Positions 14,532 to 16,422 of a stretch of DNA of 16,422 bases are shown in pieces. Made by a program: the position numbers and the translations under genes. The DNA is from Elusimicrobiota bacterium (lineage in GTDB: Bacteria > Elusimicrobiota > Elusimicrobia > UBA1565). Under the pieces are notes generated by a model. It saw only the letters and a program-made list of their open reading frames with translations, was not told where the DNA came from and did not search any database. The stretch covers positions 1-16,422 of the forward strand of contig JBDREN010000087.1 in NCBI GenBank assembly GCA_043819795.1, read 5' to 3'. Every line of letters starts with the position of its first letter. Positions within the stretch are counted from its first letter, which is position 1.

Positions 14532-16300
14532 TCCTGTTCTGTCCGCCCGCCCGCGCCGAGCTGCCGTCTCCCGATACCAGGTGGGTCTTCCTCGGCAAGA
14601 GCGCCGCCCGGCGCGACAAGACCGCCGCGCGGCTCGGCCGTCCGCCCTCGCCCTTGAAGGGCCTGCTTCACCGGGAGGCGGACCGGCTCCGGGGTCCTTT
14701 CCTCGATTGGGTCGCGGCCCTGGGCAAGGACCAGGCGGACCCCGCGGCCTGGTGGGCCGGCACGCTGCCCTGGAAGGCGTGGTCGGCCTCGGACCTCTTC
14801 CTGCTGGCCTGCTACCAGGCGCTCTGCCTCCGCCTGGCCGAGACGCCGGGGCTCGTCCCGGGCGCGGGCGCCGGCCTCACCGTGGTCGTCGAGGACCCCT
14901 GGCTCCTCGCCCAGCTCGCCGGCGCCCTCAAGGGGCCTCCCAGCGTCCGTTTCTCCTCGCTGCCCGGCCTGCGCCGGCCCGTGCTGGCCGCCATAAGCCT
15001 CGGAATCGCGCGCCGCGTGAAATGGGCTCTGCGCATGGCGCTGAGCCGCGCCTTGCAGGTCCGCCACAGCCGGCAGAGGACTCCCTTGCCCGGCCGCGGC
15101 GGGGTGCTCATCTACACCCACTTGCTCGCCCGGAGCCTCGAAGGCAAGGACGGCTGGAAGGAGTTCTACCTGCCCGGCCTCGACCGTGAGCTCGCGGCCG
15201 AGGGGATCCCGGTCCTGCGCTGCACGTACCCGGACACGACCGGATGGGAACGGGAGCTCGCCGCGCGCCAACGGCACACCGTCCCGCTGATCCTGTACTC
15301 GTCCTGGCCGGATGTGGGCGAGGCCCTGCTCTCCCTGCCGCCCCGCCCGCCGCGAATAGGCCGTTTCGACGGGCAGGCGGTGGACCTGCTTTTGGAACGG
15401 GAGTGGTGGCACGACCTATCGCGCGCGGGCCGGTGCGCCTACCTGCTGCTGCGCGCATGCGCCGGCCGCTTCCTCCGCGCGGCGCGGTGGCGGGCTCTCA
15501 TCTTCCCTTGGGAGAGCCAGCCGCAGGAACGCATGATCGTGCTGGCCGCTCGGGAGTCGGGGGTGCGCACGGTGGGCTACCAGCACACCACCGTGCCGCG
15601 CATGCAGATGCCTCTCTTCGCGGGACGCGGCGAGGACGCCTGGGCCCCTTTACCCGACATCATCCTGACCTCGGGCCCGCACCCTACGCGCATGCTGGAG
15701 CGGGGGGGCCTGGCGCGGGAACGTCTGCGACTGGCCGGAAGCCGGCGCTACCCGCACCTCGCCGCCGCCGTCCCCGGCGCGCCAAAAAACACAGCGCCGG
15801 CGCGCGGCGACACGGTACTCGTCCTGCTCCCGGTCGACCGCGACCAGAGCCTGCACATGCTGGCGGCTTTCGCGCGCGCCTATCCCAACGGCGGCGATTT
15901 CCGCATCCTGGTCAAGCCTCACCCGGCCACGCCGGTCTCCCGGCGAGATATCCGCTTCCCGGCCGAGATCGCTTCCGGCGACTTCCCGCAAGCCCTGGAG
16001 CGCTGCGGCCTGGTCGTATTCTCGGGGAGCACCGCCGGCCTGGAGGCCCTGCTGGCCGGCCGCCGGGTGCTGCGCTACCGGCCCGAAACCCTCCTCGACT
16101 TCGACCCCTCCGAGATCCTCACCGACGACGAGCTTCCCACTGCCGGCGACGGCGACCTGCGCGAACGTCTCGAGGAGCTCCGGCGGGGAGAGGCGCCCCG
16201 GCCCTCGTCGCGCGCGGGAAAGGCCCTAGGAGAGCTCTTCAGCCCGGTCGAGCCCAAGCTCTGGCTCGAGGCCGTCGCCGGAACCGAGGGCCTGGGCTAG
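14528..16300 (+). CDS. Surface carbohydrate biosynthesis protein, putative GT-B transferase (LIC13510-like)
   Basis: WESQPQER, TVGYQH, PLPDIILTSG, LVKPHP and SGSTAGLEALLAG resemble the C-terminal domain of HP-motif transferases in capsule/O-antigen loci. ATGA overlap at 14528-14531. Confidence 0.7.
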   Translation: MILFCPPARAELPSPDTRWVFLGKSAARRDKTAARLGRPPSPLKGLLHREADRLRGPFLDWVAALGKDQADPAAWWAGTLPWKAWSASDLFLLACYQALCLRLAETPGLVPGAGAGLTVVVEDPWLLAQLAGALKGPPSVRFSSLPGLRRPVLAAISLGIARRVKWALRMALSRALQVRHSRQRTPLPGRGGVLIYTHLLARSLEGKDGWKEFYLPGLDRELAAEGIPVLRCTYPDTTGWERELAARQRHTVPLILYSSWPDVGEALLSLPPRPPRIGRFDGQAVDLLLEREWWHDLSRAGRCAYLLLRACAGRFLRAARWRALIFPWESQPQERMIVLAARESGVRTVGYQHTTVPRMQMPLFAGRGEDAWAPLPDIILTSGPHPTRMLERGGLARERLRLAGSRRYPHLAAAVPGAPKNTAPARGDTVLVLLPVDRDQSLHMLAAFARAYPNGGDFRILVKPHPATPVSRRDIRFPAEIASGDFPQALERCGLVVFSGSTAGLEALLAGRRVLRYRPETLLDFDPSEILTDDELPTAGDGDLRERLEELRRGEAPRPSSRAGKALGELFSPVEPKLWLEAVAGTEGLG

Positions 16301-16422
16301 CAGCCCGTGGCAAAAGTCTTCCGGGGCCTGCAATCGCCTGGAAGCGGCCTGCGCCTGCGTTGCTCCTCGGTCACATCCCGTCGAGGGATGCTCCCTCGTC
16401 GCGCCTTGGCTCGGCTCGCTCC
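16297..16422. mobile_element. Left part of a putative MITE/palindromic repeat element (continues beyond the window)
   Basis: Starts at a CTAG (16297-16300) containing the stop codon, followed by CAGCCCGTGGCAAAAG, which resembles IS5/IS1182-type ends (CAGCCTGTTGAAAA). It has an internal hairpin CATCCC-GTCGA-GGGATG (16374-16390) in a GTTGCTCCTCGGTCACAT...ATGCTCCCTCGTCGCGCCTTG context that I recall as a dispersed repeat. Confidence 0.5.

Noticed and set aside
1..16422. CRISPR array, rRNA, tRNA, transposase or integrase genes
   Set aside because: I saw no regularly spaced repeats or recognisable motifs for any of these.

Overview
High-GC bacterial DNA made up mostly of a surface-polysaccharide (O-antigen/capsule-type) biosynthesis locus in two + strand blocks. 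Block 1 (2117-9657) encodes a B12-binding radical SAM protein, a winged-helix regulator, a LIC12162-type transferase, a Wzx flippase and two SAM methyltransferases. It is transcribed divergently from a radical SAM/SPASM gene (862-2010). Block 2 (10514-16300) encodes a NeuA/KdsB-like cytidylyltransferase, an SDR, a D-2-hydroxyacid dehydrogenase, an NAD-dependent epimerase/dehydratase, a HAD hydrolase and a second GT-B-like transferase. Between the blocks are an AT-rich structured spacer and a small coiled-coil gene on the minus strand. The left edge holds an oligopeptidase B (ptrB)-like 5' fragment missing from the ORF track; its homology appears to break at about position 101, next to an opposing sigma70 promoter. 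The right edge holds the start of a MITE-like element. Main points of interest: (i) an in-frame (GAAG)7 repeat inside a methyltransferase, suggesting a phase-variation switch; (ii) an uncharacterised pathway for a CMP-activated sugar with two radical SAM enzymes and no ulosonate synthase in the window; (iii) an 8-3-8 operator-like palindrome over the block 1 promoter and start codon; (iv) a 28-bp perfect palindrome next to helically phased AGAWTTC motifs; (v) several apparently leaderless genes. All family assignments come from motifs recognised by eye; no searches were run.
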